A stretch of DNA of 64,000 nt from Vicugna vicugna (taxonomy: Eukaryota), in NCBI GenBank assembly GCA_013265495.1, contig MU058844.1:1742941-1806940 (forward strand). The letters run 5' to 3'. The notes beneath the pieces are model-generated. The model had not been told where the DNA came from. It saw nothing but the letters and a program-made list of their open reading frames with translations, and ran no database searches. The translations under genes and the position numbers were made by a program. Shown here in pieces: positions 24,961 through 38,430 of the stretch (its first letter is position 1; each line of letters begins with the position of its first letter).

Positions 24961-26984
24961 TTTATGAAGAAAAACAATAATTATTAGGAGTAGAATTTTT
25001 GAGGGAAAGGTTATACAAACATTAAGTCTTTAAATACACAAAGCAAAGTTGGAATGTAATTTTAAAACTTAGGACCCTACAAATACAATAAAAGGTTCCC
25101 TGAGAAGAACTAAAATTACTCTATGGAATAGAATACATACAGTTTACTAACAAAATGTAGGGAATTGATGAACCTGTAAGCTATATGCAGATAGGTTAGA
25201 ATCTTTTCAATAATATTTTCTTCCTAAATAGCACCAAATCTACAATCTCCTTTTATTAACTTCCCCTCTACACCCTGGCCTATGTCCCACACTAAACCAT
25301 AGGGACATTTGCTCTTTGTTAAAAAGCTTACTTCTGAATCTCAGGCTAACCCCAATATAAGGCACACTTACTTGTCAGCCCCATCCTCCAGACCTTTCAT
25401 TATTTGACTGCATAAAAGTAAGCAAGAATGATTCAGCTTAACAATCATCCTTGACATATGCATGTCCCAGTTCCCCAGATCCCCAGTAACTTTGTTTCCT
25501 CTCATGTTTCTGGGCTCTCAGAAACATACTCTTCCCAATCATTTGATATCTCCCATTAACATTTACATTTTTCATACATAAGTATGCAGGCTATACCAAC
25601 TATCTGATTTTTATAGAATGCCATGGAGTTTCTGAAAAGTATTATTACAGTGCATTCTGTATGTTGCTAAGATTATCATTGTGTTTACTATTCAACTTAC
25701 TTTTTTTCCTGAAGAATTTTAAAACCTTGTTTATTTCCTGCAACTCCATGTACTTACTGCATATTCCTTTTTATTGAAATAATATGCACATTACAGAGAA
25801 ATAGAAAATTTTGCAGCAAAATGTCCTAAACAAGCAGATGAGTTGACTATAACAGTTTTACTAACAAAACATGAGGCTACATATCACTGTAATTTGAGAG
25901 ACCAGCAATCCCCATACTGATGGATGGAAAGACTCAGATACCATTGACTTAAAAGCTCAAAGCCCGCTGAAAATACAAAGTCTAGATTTAGCTTTTTGTT
26001 CCTTGACACATCTGACTAGCATTTGGTTAATGTCAGTGTCTTTCTAATACGTTTAGTGCAATCTCTTCCTCAGCATGATTAACTGTAATAGGGCTGCTGC
26101 TGAAAGGTGTGCTTAATGTATTGTAAAGGGTCACAGATGGGGAGTATTAAGTCCAAGATGCCCAGCTAGCTAGACTATGAAAGATATAATCCGTATTTAA
26201 TATCCTTTCCCATTAACGGTAACAATCACATGTAAGCGATTTCAGTTAAGAACGAATCTAAGGCAGTAACAGTTAGATAGCATCCCTAATTACAGAAGGT
26301 AGGGCCCCATTAGTCCCACCCACTATTGGCTGTTCACCAATGTTGGTAGAAATTAATGTGGGTTTCATGACAATAGGTAACTAAAGTAGATTTTGTGTTA
26401 AATGATTATTCAAGAAAAAAATAAGAGGATCAAGTGTATTCCACACCTTTAGCCTATTTCTTTTGAAAAACATGATGAAAAAAATCATCTAACCTAATAT
26501 GCGCTCCCGAGGTCCTTTATTTTTCTTTTATTTCTCAAATGAGTGGATATTTACAGGAAAATTTACTTATTCAGCATAAATAAAACCTCTTTCAAAATAT
26601 GGCTTTTCCTGGATCATCTGATTTTGTTTAGTGGGATTAATTAAATTTATGCTATTTCCACCCGACAGACTCTCTTCTTTGGTTAGTACATGATAAAAAT
26701 GACATAATGCACTTACTAATTTGCAACCAGACCAATTAACATGGGCTCACAGTCTGCAGTCCTGAAAAATGTGATTACATTTTAAAGAAAACATAACATA
26801 GATAAGTTATATTGAAACCATCAAGGTGCCCACAGCAGAAAGGTAGTCATGCTTGACCATCTATATTACCATTTCAAATTTAGTAGCAATTTTTCATATG
26901 TGTTTGAAACTTTGTAGTCACAGCCTCTGACAATTCTCCATTCCTTTTCCATACGGGATTATTAGCCCTGTACACATTCATAAC

Positions 26985-27480
26985 TGGTATTCATTCTTTC
27001 AATCAGTATTTATTATTCACTGTTACCAAAGTGCTAAGTGTTAGAGATACAGTTGTAAACAAAATAGACATAAACTCTAATATTATAATGCTAACCTTAA
27101 CAATCAACTAGGGAGACAAGTTGTTCAACAGATACAAACACAAAAATGTGTATAAAGTGTCCTGAACTTATAAAAGAATAGAGCATATAAATGCATAAAT
27201 GTCTAATCAGGACTTTCTGTTATAAAGTCAGCAGTGCACTGGTTTGAACTGGGTGAAATGGAGAAAGTCTTTCAAAAGGGACATAAAGGATGAATTAAGA
27301 ATTAAGCAGACAGAATCGGAGAAATGTTCCAGACACAGGGAAGACCATGTGCAGGTTCCTGGGTAAGTTACAAATTTGGTGCCATCAGGAAACTGAAAGA
27401 CTGAGTTTAAAAAACTGCCTTTTGCATGATTAGTCTTGAGGCACACATTATAAACAGGTCGTAAAGGATAAGTGCACACA
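26985..27480 (-). mobile_element. L2 fragment
   Basis: 'ttcattctttcaatcagtatttatt...gtgctaagtgttagagatacag'. Confidence 0.65.
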
Positions 27481-28731
27481 TCTTATCAAAGAATTTAGCT
27501 TGTTCTGGCTTACCACAGAAATCTTATTTCATAGTTTCAGCTGGATTTATGCCTAAGACAAGCCCTTTTCCTCAGCCCCAGGTCTTGGGTAAGAACAATG
27601 TCCAATCTATCTACCATAGCCTGGATCTAAATGGATTGATTCCACCAGCAATTGCCTCACAATGAGCTGTCTGCTGCTTAGTTATGAATCTCTTGCCCAG
27701 AAGCTCCTTAAACACCCTCTCTCTGTCTCAGTCAAATCGGACTTACTGCTGGACTTCTAGTATTCTTACTCCCAAAGAATGTATAGGTCCCCAAACCCTT
27801 TTCTTCATTATCTTCTGCAGGCATTTTCTGCTTGTTGTTTCACCAACCTCTTCACCTCCAAACAACTGCTAAGCTTCCCAACTCATTATTCCTTATCTCT
27901 TGTCAAGCAAATATCTTACATCCCTAAAACCAATTTGCAAAGATTATAGTTACGATAGGTAAGTTTTTTTAAATAGCATCTCTTACGGTCCATGTATTAT
28001 ATAAAACATGTTAAGATATAATGAAGAATAAAATAGACCAGAGTTTACAGTTACATAGTCATATATATATATGTATATGCACATATGCATACCTACATTA
28101 TATATGCATATATACAAGCATATACACAGCTATAAATCAAATATAAGTCAAAAACATATATATCCAAATGTAAATCAATTATAAATATAATTACCTATTG
28201 TAATTAATAAATACATAACAACTTAAATTTAATTTAAACTTGAAAGATGAGTAACTGTTAATCTGACAAAGAATGAGAAAGATAATCATTCCAGAAAGAA
28301 ATAAAAATGAGTGTCAAGTCCTGGAATGAGAACACTATATAGTCAGTTAGACTACATGTTGAGAAATAGACAATGGTGATGAATATAAAAAAAATGTATT
28401 AGGGTAAAAATGTTAATAGATAAGGACTTTTTTCAAGCTTCCAGGCAATAAATCTTTACTTCTCAGTCTTCTGTAAACATTTATGAAATTTTGTTTAAGA
28501 AATACTATGAGACAAATAAAAGCAAAGTAACAGATGGCAATTTAAAGTAAACATCAGAAAAGGCTACATGGCATAGATTTCTTTGTGGGGCATCCTGTGG
28601 CTATAACACTAATTTGTCATATCAAGGAATTTCTTCATTCTTTGTTTATGACTCCGAATATATACTATTTATGTAGCATATTGATTTTCTGTTTTGTTTT
28701 TTTTTTAGACATTGCCTGGTATTAGGCAAAC

Positions 28732-29361
28732 TGCAAATTTTGAATGCACAGTTCTCAAGACCGGCCTCATTTCTGACAGCAAATGCCAGTTCAGTGGGAT
28801 TTCCAAAACTCATCCTGGCTGGATAATTCATTAGAAAGACTCACAGAACCCATGGAAAGCTATTATACTCATCGTTATGGTTTTTTACAGGGAAAGGGTA
28901 CAAATTAGAACCAGCCAAAGGAAGCAATGCATAAGGCAGAGCCTGAGGAATGTTCCACACATGATCATTCTTTCCAGGACACTTTTCTCTCCCAGTATCA
29001 ATATGTGACAATATGCAAAGAGTATTGCTAACCTGGGAAGCTCATTCATGCCTTGGTGTCTAGCGTTCTTACTGAAGCTTCCTTGTGTAGACATAATTGA
29101 TTGACGGATTGATTGCCCACATGACTGGGCTCAGTTTCCATCCATTCCTTTCCCCAGAGGTCAGGCTGATATCAGCTGCCCAGGGTGCTTCACCTTGAGC
29201 CCCACCTTGTTAGCATAAACTATCAAGTGTGGTCAGAGAGGTCAATCATGAGCAACAAAGACACAGCAATCGCTCAGAAAATTTCAATGATTTAGAGATT
29301 GCCTCCCAGAGCTGGGGACAAATGCTACACCTCTTTGGGTGAGGTCAAATTCTTTACTACA
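28732..29361 (-). mobile_element. MER77-like ERVL solo LTR, apparently complete
   Basis: minus strand starts TGTAGTAAAGAATTTGACC; TG..CA ends; TSD caaac (28727-31)/caaat (29362-66). Confidence 0.8.
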
Positions 29362-29706
29362 CAAATATTTAGGGGTACTTCGAATACAGCTGTATTGCTC
29401 TATAGTAATGACCAAAAACTGATGCAATTCATGCTCTACGTAATTTGTCAGCTCAAGCATAGTAACAAAGTACAAAATAACTGAGAAAGGAGAATAGGTA
29501 TAGATGTTTATACCCAGCTACTGCTATGCTGTGATTAGTGAATAATTTCTACCCATCATCTTGTAATAACCAGCATTGTTACAGTTGGGAAATAGGTCAG
29601 TCATATCACTTAACGTATCAAAAGGTTTTCAACTGTGAAAAACAAGTGGCCATGGTGTTGAGTTGAATTACAAGATAATAAAGAATACACCAGCAGAAGA
29701 ATACAA

Positions 29707-29758
29707 CTGTGTATGTGTGTATGTGTATGTGTATGCGTGTGTGTGTGTGTGTGTGTGT
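29707..29758. repeat. (GT)n/(GTAT) microsatellite
   Basis: direct read. Confidence 0.95.
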
Positions 29759-29759
29759 T

Positions 29760-30310
29760 CATGAGGTTTTCTTGAGGGAAAAGAGCAAATAGGAAAGGAT
29801 TCCCTGAGGAGGGAATATTCTAAGTCAAAATCAGGAACATGAGTAAAAATCAACTAAGTGAAGAAAGAAAGAGTGGCAAGAGTAGCTGGTCAGCAGACCC
29901 TTGGTTGTATAAGACCTCCATGGCTGCGACTCAGAAAGCAAGAGGAATCAGGGCATGAAGTCAGGCTACTAAGGTTGAGCTGGATAATGCAGAACTTGAT
30001 GATTTGGGTGGTTTTCGTTATCAACATATGGAAAGATGCTGAAGGGTAACCTGAGATGATCACATTTTTAAGAGATCACTATGCCTATAAGGTAGATAAT
30101 GGCTAGGGCAGGATCAAAATGGAGCAGAGGAGGGCCAGTTGGGAGTCTAGATCAGTATAGCATAATGCAATAATGGTAGCTTGGACAGGATGTGCAGGGC
30201 GGATGGAGAGTGAAAGACAATTTGGGAAATGTTTTAGAAACTACCATTGACAAAGTTTAATAACTGACAAAATAGTGAGAAGGGGGAGGGTCAAAAATGA
30301 CTTCTGCACT
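29760..30310 (-). mobile_element. L2 fragment
   Basis: purine-rich; 'ttttaagagatcact', 'aatggtagcttggacagg'. Confidence 0.6.
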
Positions 30311-30748
30311 TCTTGCCTCTCATTTTGGAACTTACGGATTTTGAGGAAACACAAGACTTGTCTATAATTTCTTCAAGATTCCCGAATCTCTAACATAGAA
30401 ATTTGCCTCTTCATTTTGATATTTGTGAAGATGCCCTTGAGTAGAATTAGACAGCCAAACTTTTGGTAGATAGGATTCTAACTGCTATGTCAGATTCTTT
30501 TCTTTAAAATGGGTCATAGTGGATAATGCTTCCTTAGAGGGAAGAGAAAAACATTTGAAAAGCAATGGTTAGGTGGCAGTGATAAAATGTGTTAGCAGAG
30601 CCTATACCCTTGTTAGCTGGCAGTGACCTGTACTGTGGAGCCATGCTACCCTTTCTGACAGTTTCATTAGGCAAGTCAAGTTCAGGGTTGTCAGGAAAAC
30701 TAAACTCTTCTTAGTGTTAAAAACCGGTCTGAAAGTTATCTCGGTACA

Positions 30749-31307
30749 TGCACAGAAGAGAGCCTAAGACTGCTATCCTTAGAAAGCACTGCCTGCAGAG
30801 TTGTTCCTTGGCTGGTGTCTAGCAACTTGACTGGCAAATAGTTCCCTACACTGATATAAACCTTCTCCTAAATGGTAGGAGAGACTCACTGCGCCTAAAC
30901 TGTTTGTACAAACAACATGGTTTATGCTGAACCTGCTTTCCTTTTGGGAGTCTGAAACTTTGGTACATGCTATGCAGAGGATGCCCATTGACCAGCCCCC
31001 AGTAAAATTCCAGGCACTGAGTCTCTAACAAGCTACCCTGGTGCATAACATTTCACATGTGCTGTTACAGCTATTTGGATGAAGAAATTAAGCACTTGCA
31101 TTCTGTGTGACTCCGTAAGAGACAACTCTTGGTCCTTTGTGTCTGCTTTCCTTTGAACTTCACCCCATGTGCTGTTTCCTTTTGCTGATTTTGCTTTCTG
31201 TCTTTTCACTGTAATAAATCTTTGCCATGGGTATGATGGTAGGTTGAGACCCACGAGTCCTTATAAGGAATCATCAGATCTAGGGTGGTCCTCTGGCCCC
31301 TGACACA
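30749..31307 (+). mobile_element. MER68-like ERVL solo LTR, apparently complete
   Basis: 'gactgctatccttagaaag...gcctaaactgtttgtacaaacaa...cccctgacaca'; TG..CA; TSD gtaca (30744-48)/gtaaa (31308-12). Confidence 0.85.
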
Positions 31308-32199
31308 GTAAATTATTGGGGAAAATTATCTTGCTATCAACTGTTATTCCTATGAGAAGACACTGGGCACAGATTATCGATATATTAATTCATGAGAGTA
31401 ATGATGTCACGTAATTTTGGTGGAGATTATTCAGGACAATTTCAAGCATAAAAAATATTTTAGCACTACTACATCTTAGTACACTTACTATATCTTAAAT
31501 TTGTCAGATGCTCCTGAAGAAGATGAAAATATGATGAGACATCATAATTTTGCACAAGAACATCTTCAGTGGTACAAAAATAAAAATATCACTATCTTAC
31601 ATCCTTTGCACCTTGTTTTCATTAAAATTTCTTTGTTACTCACACTTGTATTTTTGATACTACATTCAGACCACAAAGCTTTTCCATGAGAAGGCTCTAG
31701 TATTTAAAATGTTTTAAACACAGGGCTAAAATATCTCATTGAAATGATGGTGAAATGAACAAGATACAGGAAACTGCTGTAAGCTGCTTCATGTTAAAAG
31801 CTTCTTGTGCTACAGAAGATGGAATGGCATCTCAACATTATCAACCATAAATGACTCCTAGATTTGAATTGTGATTATGGAAATGGCAATGTCCTTTCAT
31901 TTAAGTAATTACTAAGCCTCTTAGAGTACCTTATGTGTGCAGAGTTCAAGATTTTTATTACCTTCTGAAGTCTTTATTACTCTGCACAAATTTAGCACTC
32001 ACTCTCTAATGCTCTGCCTTATCAAATTCTCATAAAATATCAATAACATGCCCTGAAGAATTTTCTATTTTTTTCTCCTCTGGACTCATGACAGAGTTCT
32101 TTAATCTCTGGTTATTATTTTTAGGTTGAAACACAACTGGCTACTCCTTAAGTGTATTCCTTACCCCACCTCACCCACGCCCCAAGACTGGATTGACTC

Positions 32200-32222
32200 T
32201 GTGTGTGTGTGTGTGTGTGTGT
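32200..32222. repeat. (GT)n microsatellite
   Basis: direct read. Confidence 0.95.
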
Positions 32223-32339
32223 TTTCCTAGTAAGAGTGATCCCCAGGTGAGGATAAAGACTAATTGTGAATATTACTTCAAACTTCACCTCACGTAATTT
32301 TTAACTTATTCTTAAGCTCTCCTAAGTTTTGAAAATAAA

Positions 32340-32585
32340 AGCTAAATATTTATTAAGGTCTTATTACTCGTCTGGTACTGTTTCAAATCTATTTTTAATT
32401 CATTTCACCTTCACAGTAGCTTATGAGGTAGGTACTACTATTATCTTCATTACATTGTTGGGGACATAAGACACAGAGATGTCAAGCCACTTGCCCAAGG
32501 TCACACAGCTACTCAGGAACAGAGCCGGGGGAAGGGAGGCAATCTGGTCCCAAAGCCTGAGCGTTTTATCTTTACTGTTTACTGC
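32340..32585 (-). mobile_element. MIR SINE
   Basis: 'tatgaggtaggtactactattatc...cacttgcccaaggtcacacagcta'. Confidence 0.8.
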
Positions 32586-33984
32586 TTTTGAGCCTGCACG
32601 CCCTTGTTTTTCATATTTACCGAGTCAGTCACGACTGGCTCCTTGGAATCGCACTTGGTTCCCTTCCACAGCTGTGTGTTGGTCTACATCTTTGCCCTTG
32701 ATGTGTCCTGTGCATTCTCATCCTGCCTGCCCTTCGCTCATGCTCTCTCTTCCGGAAGAGCTTTCACAGTCTGATAGGCAGCCTGGGAAATGCTGTGCAG
32801 GCAGCATGGGAACAATTTTTGCCCATGGGGCTCAGGCTGGGAACAACGTGTGAAAGATTGTTTCTGATTCCATTACTTCCAAAGATTTAGACTTTCTTGC
32901 CCTAGTGTGAAGAAGGGGAACTACAACAAAACTCTAAGTTTCTCACCTCAAACAATACAGTTCTGGAAGACAAAAATTCTGACACAACAGAAGCCGGCTT
33001 TGCTGGCCTCATGTTGAATCTATATTCAGACTTTAGAATGTGTCAGACAGTTTTAAATACAAGCCATCAATTTCCAGTGGAAGGATTTAGAACATTTTCC
33101 CTTCTAGTCAAATCATGTAATCCTCATTAAAAAGTTATCTTATGGTTCAAATGATTAGCAAGTATTATATTCTCTGAATCCAAGAAACCTGAAATTTTGT
33201 AGATGAATAAAATTCCGCCAATGACTGAATGTTTTCTTAACAAAAATCTTCCTAGCTTATCAGTATCAAAACCTATTATTCCTTTTGTAGCTGTAGCCTT
33301 CTGGTTACTTCTCAGTCTTTTCACACTTGCTCTTTCCCAGCCCCCCATGCTCTGTCTCAGAAATAAAAGGCATTTCAAAGTTAACTGCAAGGTGTTTACT
33401 GTACAGCACCACCAATTTCCCCATGCTCTCCCTTTCTCTCTCTGTATATGTGTATCTAAATGTGAACCTGATGGCAAATCTTTAGGTTTCTCAAGCATAG
33501 TCTCTTCTCCCTGTAAATGACAACTATTTTCACTTTTTTTTCCTCTCCTCTTTCCTCAGCAAGTCTCCAAGTTTATTTCCCAAAATGTTAATTCTAAAAA
33601 TAAATTAAAGAAAGCCTAACAGAGAGAAACAAATTTAAGCTAACGGTAAGACCACTCACCCTACACATTCTTCAGATAAATTAAGTTTTAAAAAAATGAA
33701 GTCCAGATTATGGCCATTTCTCTGTTGTTGTTTATATATGGATTCTCTTAGAAATATTAAGAAAAATTTATACCTTGACATTGTTGGCTTCAGATTTCAT
33801 AAGGCAGAAGGATTACATGTAAAAAAGACATAGTGTAATCTATATTTCATATAATTTTGTGATTCAGATTCCAGTCACATTTACTGAATACCTATAATAA
33901 CAAACAATTATATAGCTAGGTAGTAAGACAGTAAATACTTATAAAATATTACAGATGGCTGGCTGGCTTGATGGATGGATTTAT

Positions 33985-34800
33985 ATTTTCCAGAATATAC
34001 AAACAGCTCATACAGCTTAATATCAAAAAAACAAACAACCCAATCAAAAAATGGGCAGAAGACCTAAGCAGACATCTCTCCAAAGAAGACATCCATATGG
34101 CCAACAAGCCATGAAAAGATGCTCAACATCACTACTTGTTAGAGAAATGCAAATCAACACTACAATGAGATATCACCTCATACCAGTCAGAATGGCCATC
34201 ATTAAAAAGTTCACAAACAACAAATGCCAGAGAGGGTGTGGAGGAAAGGGAACCCTCCCACACTGTTGGTGGGAATGTAAATTGTGCAGCCACTATGAAA
34301 GACAGTATGAAGCTTCCTTAAAAAACTAAAAATAAACTTACCATATGATCCAGCAATCCTACTCCTGGGCATATATCTGGAGGAAAATGTAATTCGGAAA
34401 GACACATGCACCCCAGTGTTCACAGCAGCCCTATTTACAATAGCCAAGACGTGGAAACAACCCAAACGTCCATCAACAGAGGACCGGATAAAGAAGATGT
34501 GTGTGTGTGTGTGTGTGTGTGTGTGGTGTGTAATGGAATACTAGTTGGCCATAAAAAAGAATGAAATAATGCCATTTGCAGCAACATGAATGGACCTGGA
34601 GATTGTCATTCTAAGTGAAATGAGCCAGAAAGAGAAAGAAAAATATCATGTGATATTGCTTATATATGGAATCTAAAAACAAAGGACACACAGAATTTAT
34701 TTACACAACAAAAACAGACTTACAAACATAGAAAACAAACTTATGGTTACCAAAGGGTAAAGGAAGTGGGAAAGGATAAATCAGGAGTTCAAAATTTGCA
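33985..34800 (+). mobile_element. Relatively young cetartiodactyl L1: ORF2 C-terminal remnant plus 3' UTR (disrupted)
   Basis: ORF-track peptide [33 protein letters not shown] matches L1 ORF2p C-terminus; frameshifted. Confidence 0.92.
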
Positions 34801-34946
34801 CCTCTTGGGGAGTGATGAAAATGTTAGCTATCTTGATTGTGGTGGTGGTTTCATAGGTGTATATATCTATCAAAACTCATCAAATTGTACACCTGAAATA
34901 TATGTAGTTCACAATTTACCACAATAAAGGAAATAAAAAAATAAAA
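34801..34946 (+). mobile_element. Older-type L1 (L1MB/MC/ME-like) extreme 3' end with A-rich tail
   Basis: 'gtgatgaaaatgtt..tatcttgattgtggtggtggtttcataggtgtata...aaaactcatcaaattgtacac'. Confidence 0.75.
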
Positions 34947-35909
34947 TTATATCTGATTAAATCCAGGACTCTTGACACAATTTCTAGGTTCATTTCTTTC
35001 AAAAGTTTCTCCACAATGAGTAGACATCTGGATTGATGTTCAAATTAAACTTTGTCAATCGATACAACCCTAACCCACCCTAAAAGAAGTCAACTTTTCA
35101 CATGCCTTAGAGATCAAACTAGATGAAGACAAAGGCTAACCATTTATTACTGCCAATGCAGAATAAGAACAACCCGAGAACTGTAAATTAACTGGATGTA
35201 ATTTCAGTTGTGCTGTTCTTCAGAGCCCTTCTCTCAATGAGAAAATAAATGAGAATAAAATGTAAGTGAAAAGGAGAAGCCTTCATCTAGGACACACAGC
35301 AAGTGTAATACAAAATGTAGGCAAGTGCCAATCACTTATGGAGAATTTCAGAGACCGGAGACCTGAAGGAAAGGAGTCGTCAGTTGTCGCTACAAGATTA
35401 GAGAAGTATGCTACATAGAGGAAGGATGCTGTCACAGCTTTTCAATTTATACCTGCTGCAGGTTATTCACTTCAGAAATTTAGGTGAAACTTTGTATCAA
35501 GTCTCTGAATTAAAATCACAGACCAGCATTTATTTAATTCACTATTCTAATGAATAACTGTGATCAAAATGTCAGACTTGATTTACTCCTATCGTTGTGA
35601 GAAAGCAAGAATTACTGGTTCTCTTCACAATAATTGTTACTAGGAAATATTACTCTGGTAAAGAAAGTAGGGATTTCACAAAAGAGAGGGCGGCATGGCA
35701 TATCATAGACACCAAAAATCCGAATTCTGGTTAAAAAAAAAAAGAGATGCATTTAAAGCTTAATGTTTAAGAAATCCTGATCACTATTCATATAAATAAC
35801 TTTATTCAGTACCAATTTTGTGGAATGATTGAGGGTGCAAATTAATCTATAACACAATCCATCAGGAATATTGTAATCTCTAACAAAAAAAAAAACAGAA
35901 TATATATGA

Positions 35910-36140
35910 CTAACTTCTTGCTTCCTAACAGATCCTGATTTCTATCAGGAAATTCCTGTGGTGAGATAGCTTATCTAGGTACTTTCTATCCCAATAAGCT
36001 GCCTGTCTGTTTTTATTTCTAAAGGTTTGTTGTTCAGTTTTCTTTTTGATTGCCTTAGGTTCTTGATGTTCTCTTTAGCTTATGTTACCTAGAGTCAGTT
36101 TCTGTTGTTTACAACCAAAGAACCCCCCACCTGATTTTTA
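35910..36140 (+). mobile_element. LTR33-like ERVL LTR 3' fragment
   Basis: 'agagtcagtttctgttgtttacaaccaaagaaccc'. Confidence 0.5.
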
Positions 36141-38204
36141 TACTAAGTCTTCCTGAGAGATGTACATTTAGTATTGAGGCTTCAGACTTAGAACATGCTT
36201 ATCTTTTATCCATGGAGTCTCATTTCACTTGAAGAAATACTCCAAGGTACAGAATAATAGAAAGACCTCTTCAGTATTTTTACTCAGAAAAAAGGCACAT
36301 TAACCAAGAACTTAGCATTATTAAAAAATATATATATATATATAAATCACCTACAGTGTTACTTTCAGTCTTCATTTTAAACTCTTGAAGTTATCAAGTG
36401 AATTCAAGAGCTTCCAGAAACCCAAAAATTCCTGTAAAAGAACTTGGTTCTTTACACATCCATGTAAAAGAATTGATAGAGAAAACAGCCATGGAAGCTT
36501 GAGGTGTAGCATTTTTTTATCATCACTTTCAACAAAAGAGGCTCTGCCTTTCGCCACGGGCCTAAGGGCTTGGTGGGAAGCTTTCCAGCTGGGAGAGGAA
36601 TCACATCTTTGTTGCAGAAATGCAGGATCCACTGCAGATACTGAAGTTAGTGGGGTGTGTGGTGAGATGAAATTGACACCTTCCCATGAGGTCCAGACAG
36701 AAGAAAAACCTCAGCAGAGAAGGCTGGTGAGACGACATTGTAATGAGGGAAATACTGGCAGTAATTTCTGTTTACATTGTCTAAGTCAGGGTCAGAAGTT
36801 AATGCATTTGCTATGATTGCCCATGTGCTACGTGGACAGTGATTTCTGCCCCACATCTAGCTGTTAGAGTAATTCAGTCCTGCAAGTAAGCAATACTGTG
36901 GGATGGCCACTGTCAAAGACCTTAAGAAAACAGCAGACATCTATCCATTTATAATAATTCAAAGACAGTTTTTTATTATCTTGCCTTAAGGAAACTAGAA
37001 TTCTTGGTTCTTCTGCCACTGGAAGGACTATAATTCTATGATTCCAATCTTGAGGACTGTGAGAAACTGAAGCCTCCTTTTCTTTGTGTCATTTAGAACT
37101 TGGCAGGCAGTTGTGTTCATTTACACTGGGGACCACTTCCCTGGACCTTCTCTGGTGCAAGTGATGAGCCACGTGTGATTAATACCTGGTGAATCAGCCT
37201 TGACCGTCAACACTGGCAATGGTTCAGATCCACCATGTTGCTAATGAACCTTCTCCTATTTGCTTCACCACAGATCCTGAATAAGCAGTCCTTTACTTAA
37301 CAACTCAAGGTTAGGTCATAGCACTTTAATTATAAAGTAATATATTTAAAAAAACAGAGAGATTTGAGAAGAAACACAACCCCAATGTTTTCTTTTTCCT
37401 TTGTCCCAGTAAGTGAAACAAGAAGACACTATTTCAGTATTCTCCAGCAATATTAAGACATTTAATTCCACTTTGGATATAAAACATTTGGGAAACATTT
37501 AAATGAATCTTCTGTCTATCTATCTACCTTGTTATTTGAAAAACAGCAAGATATAAAGATATAATCAGGTATTTCTCTCCTATTCATAGCTAATTCCCCA
37601 AAACTTTTCAGTTAGCCTAATTCATTGGGACTTAGGACATCAAAGGAGAGAAAATTTCAGTCAGAACTGAGTTTAAGAAAAAGTGAATATGCCAACTGCT
37701 TGGATATGGGAAAGCCTGGAAATGAGAACCACAGAGCCCTTTCTTAGCATATCCTTATAATTCATAATCATAATTATACTTCACAATTGCATACTGAGCT
37801 AGAGTTTACCAAGAGCATTTACACTCTTTCATCCTAAACTCCATTCAGAAGAGGAGTGAATGCAGTCCGGTTTTTTATTTTGTGTTTTTTCTGTCATAAT
37901 CAATACAAAATGGTTAAAAATAGCAACAGAGTAAAAATATATCAACATATGGAAAATGGGCAGGTTTGTTTGTTTTGTTTCCTTAAATTACAGTTTACAG
38001 GCGTTTCATATTCACCATACACACTCACATTGGTTAGTTGTTATTACAGTAGCTATTATGCTGATGGATAAACAGATGGGAACATAACACGGGGCTTTCT
38101 AAAACCTGTTTTCTTTGGTTTTTCTTCTGTGATTCTAGCTGTGCTGAGTTTAAGCAATGAGAATGTTAGAGCACCGTGTATTTCACTGATACTGGGAAGA
38201 TGTA

Positions 38205-38430
38205 ACTAATATTTATTGAATGCCTATTCTGTAGCAAACAAGTTTTCTGAAAATCTTCCATTTGCTATCTGATTAAATCTTCACAGCAATGCTGAGAGGT
38301 AGACATTATCTCTATGTTATCCCCAAGGAAACTGAGTCATAGAGGTCACCTAGCTTCGTGAAGTCTACCAGCTATTCTTAATGGTGCCGGGCCCCAGATG
38401 CAAACATTTGACTCCACGCTCTTTCTACTG
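38205..38430 (-). mobile_element. MIR SINE
   Basis: 'aatatttattgaatgcctat...gagaggtagacattatc...aggaaactgag'. Confidence 0.7.

Noticed and set aside
34051..34329. 92-aa ORF as a functional CDS
   Set aside because: Frameshifted fragment of L1 ORF2p C-terminus.
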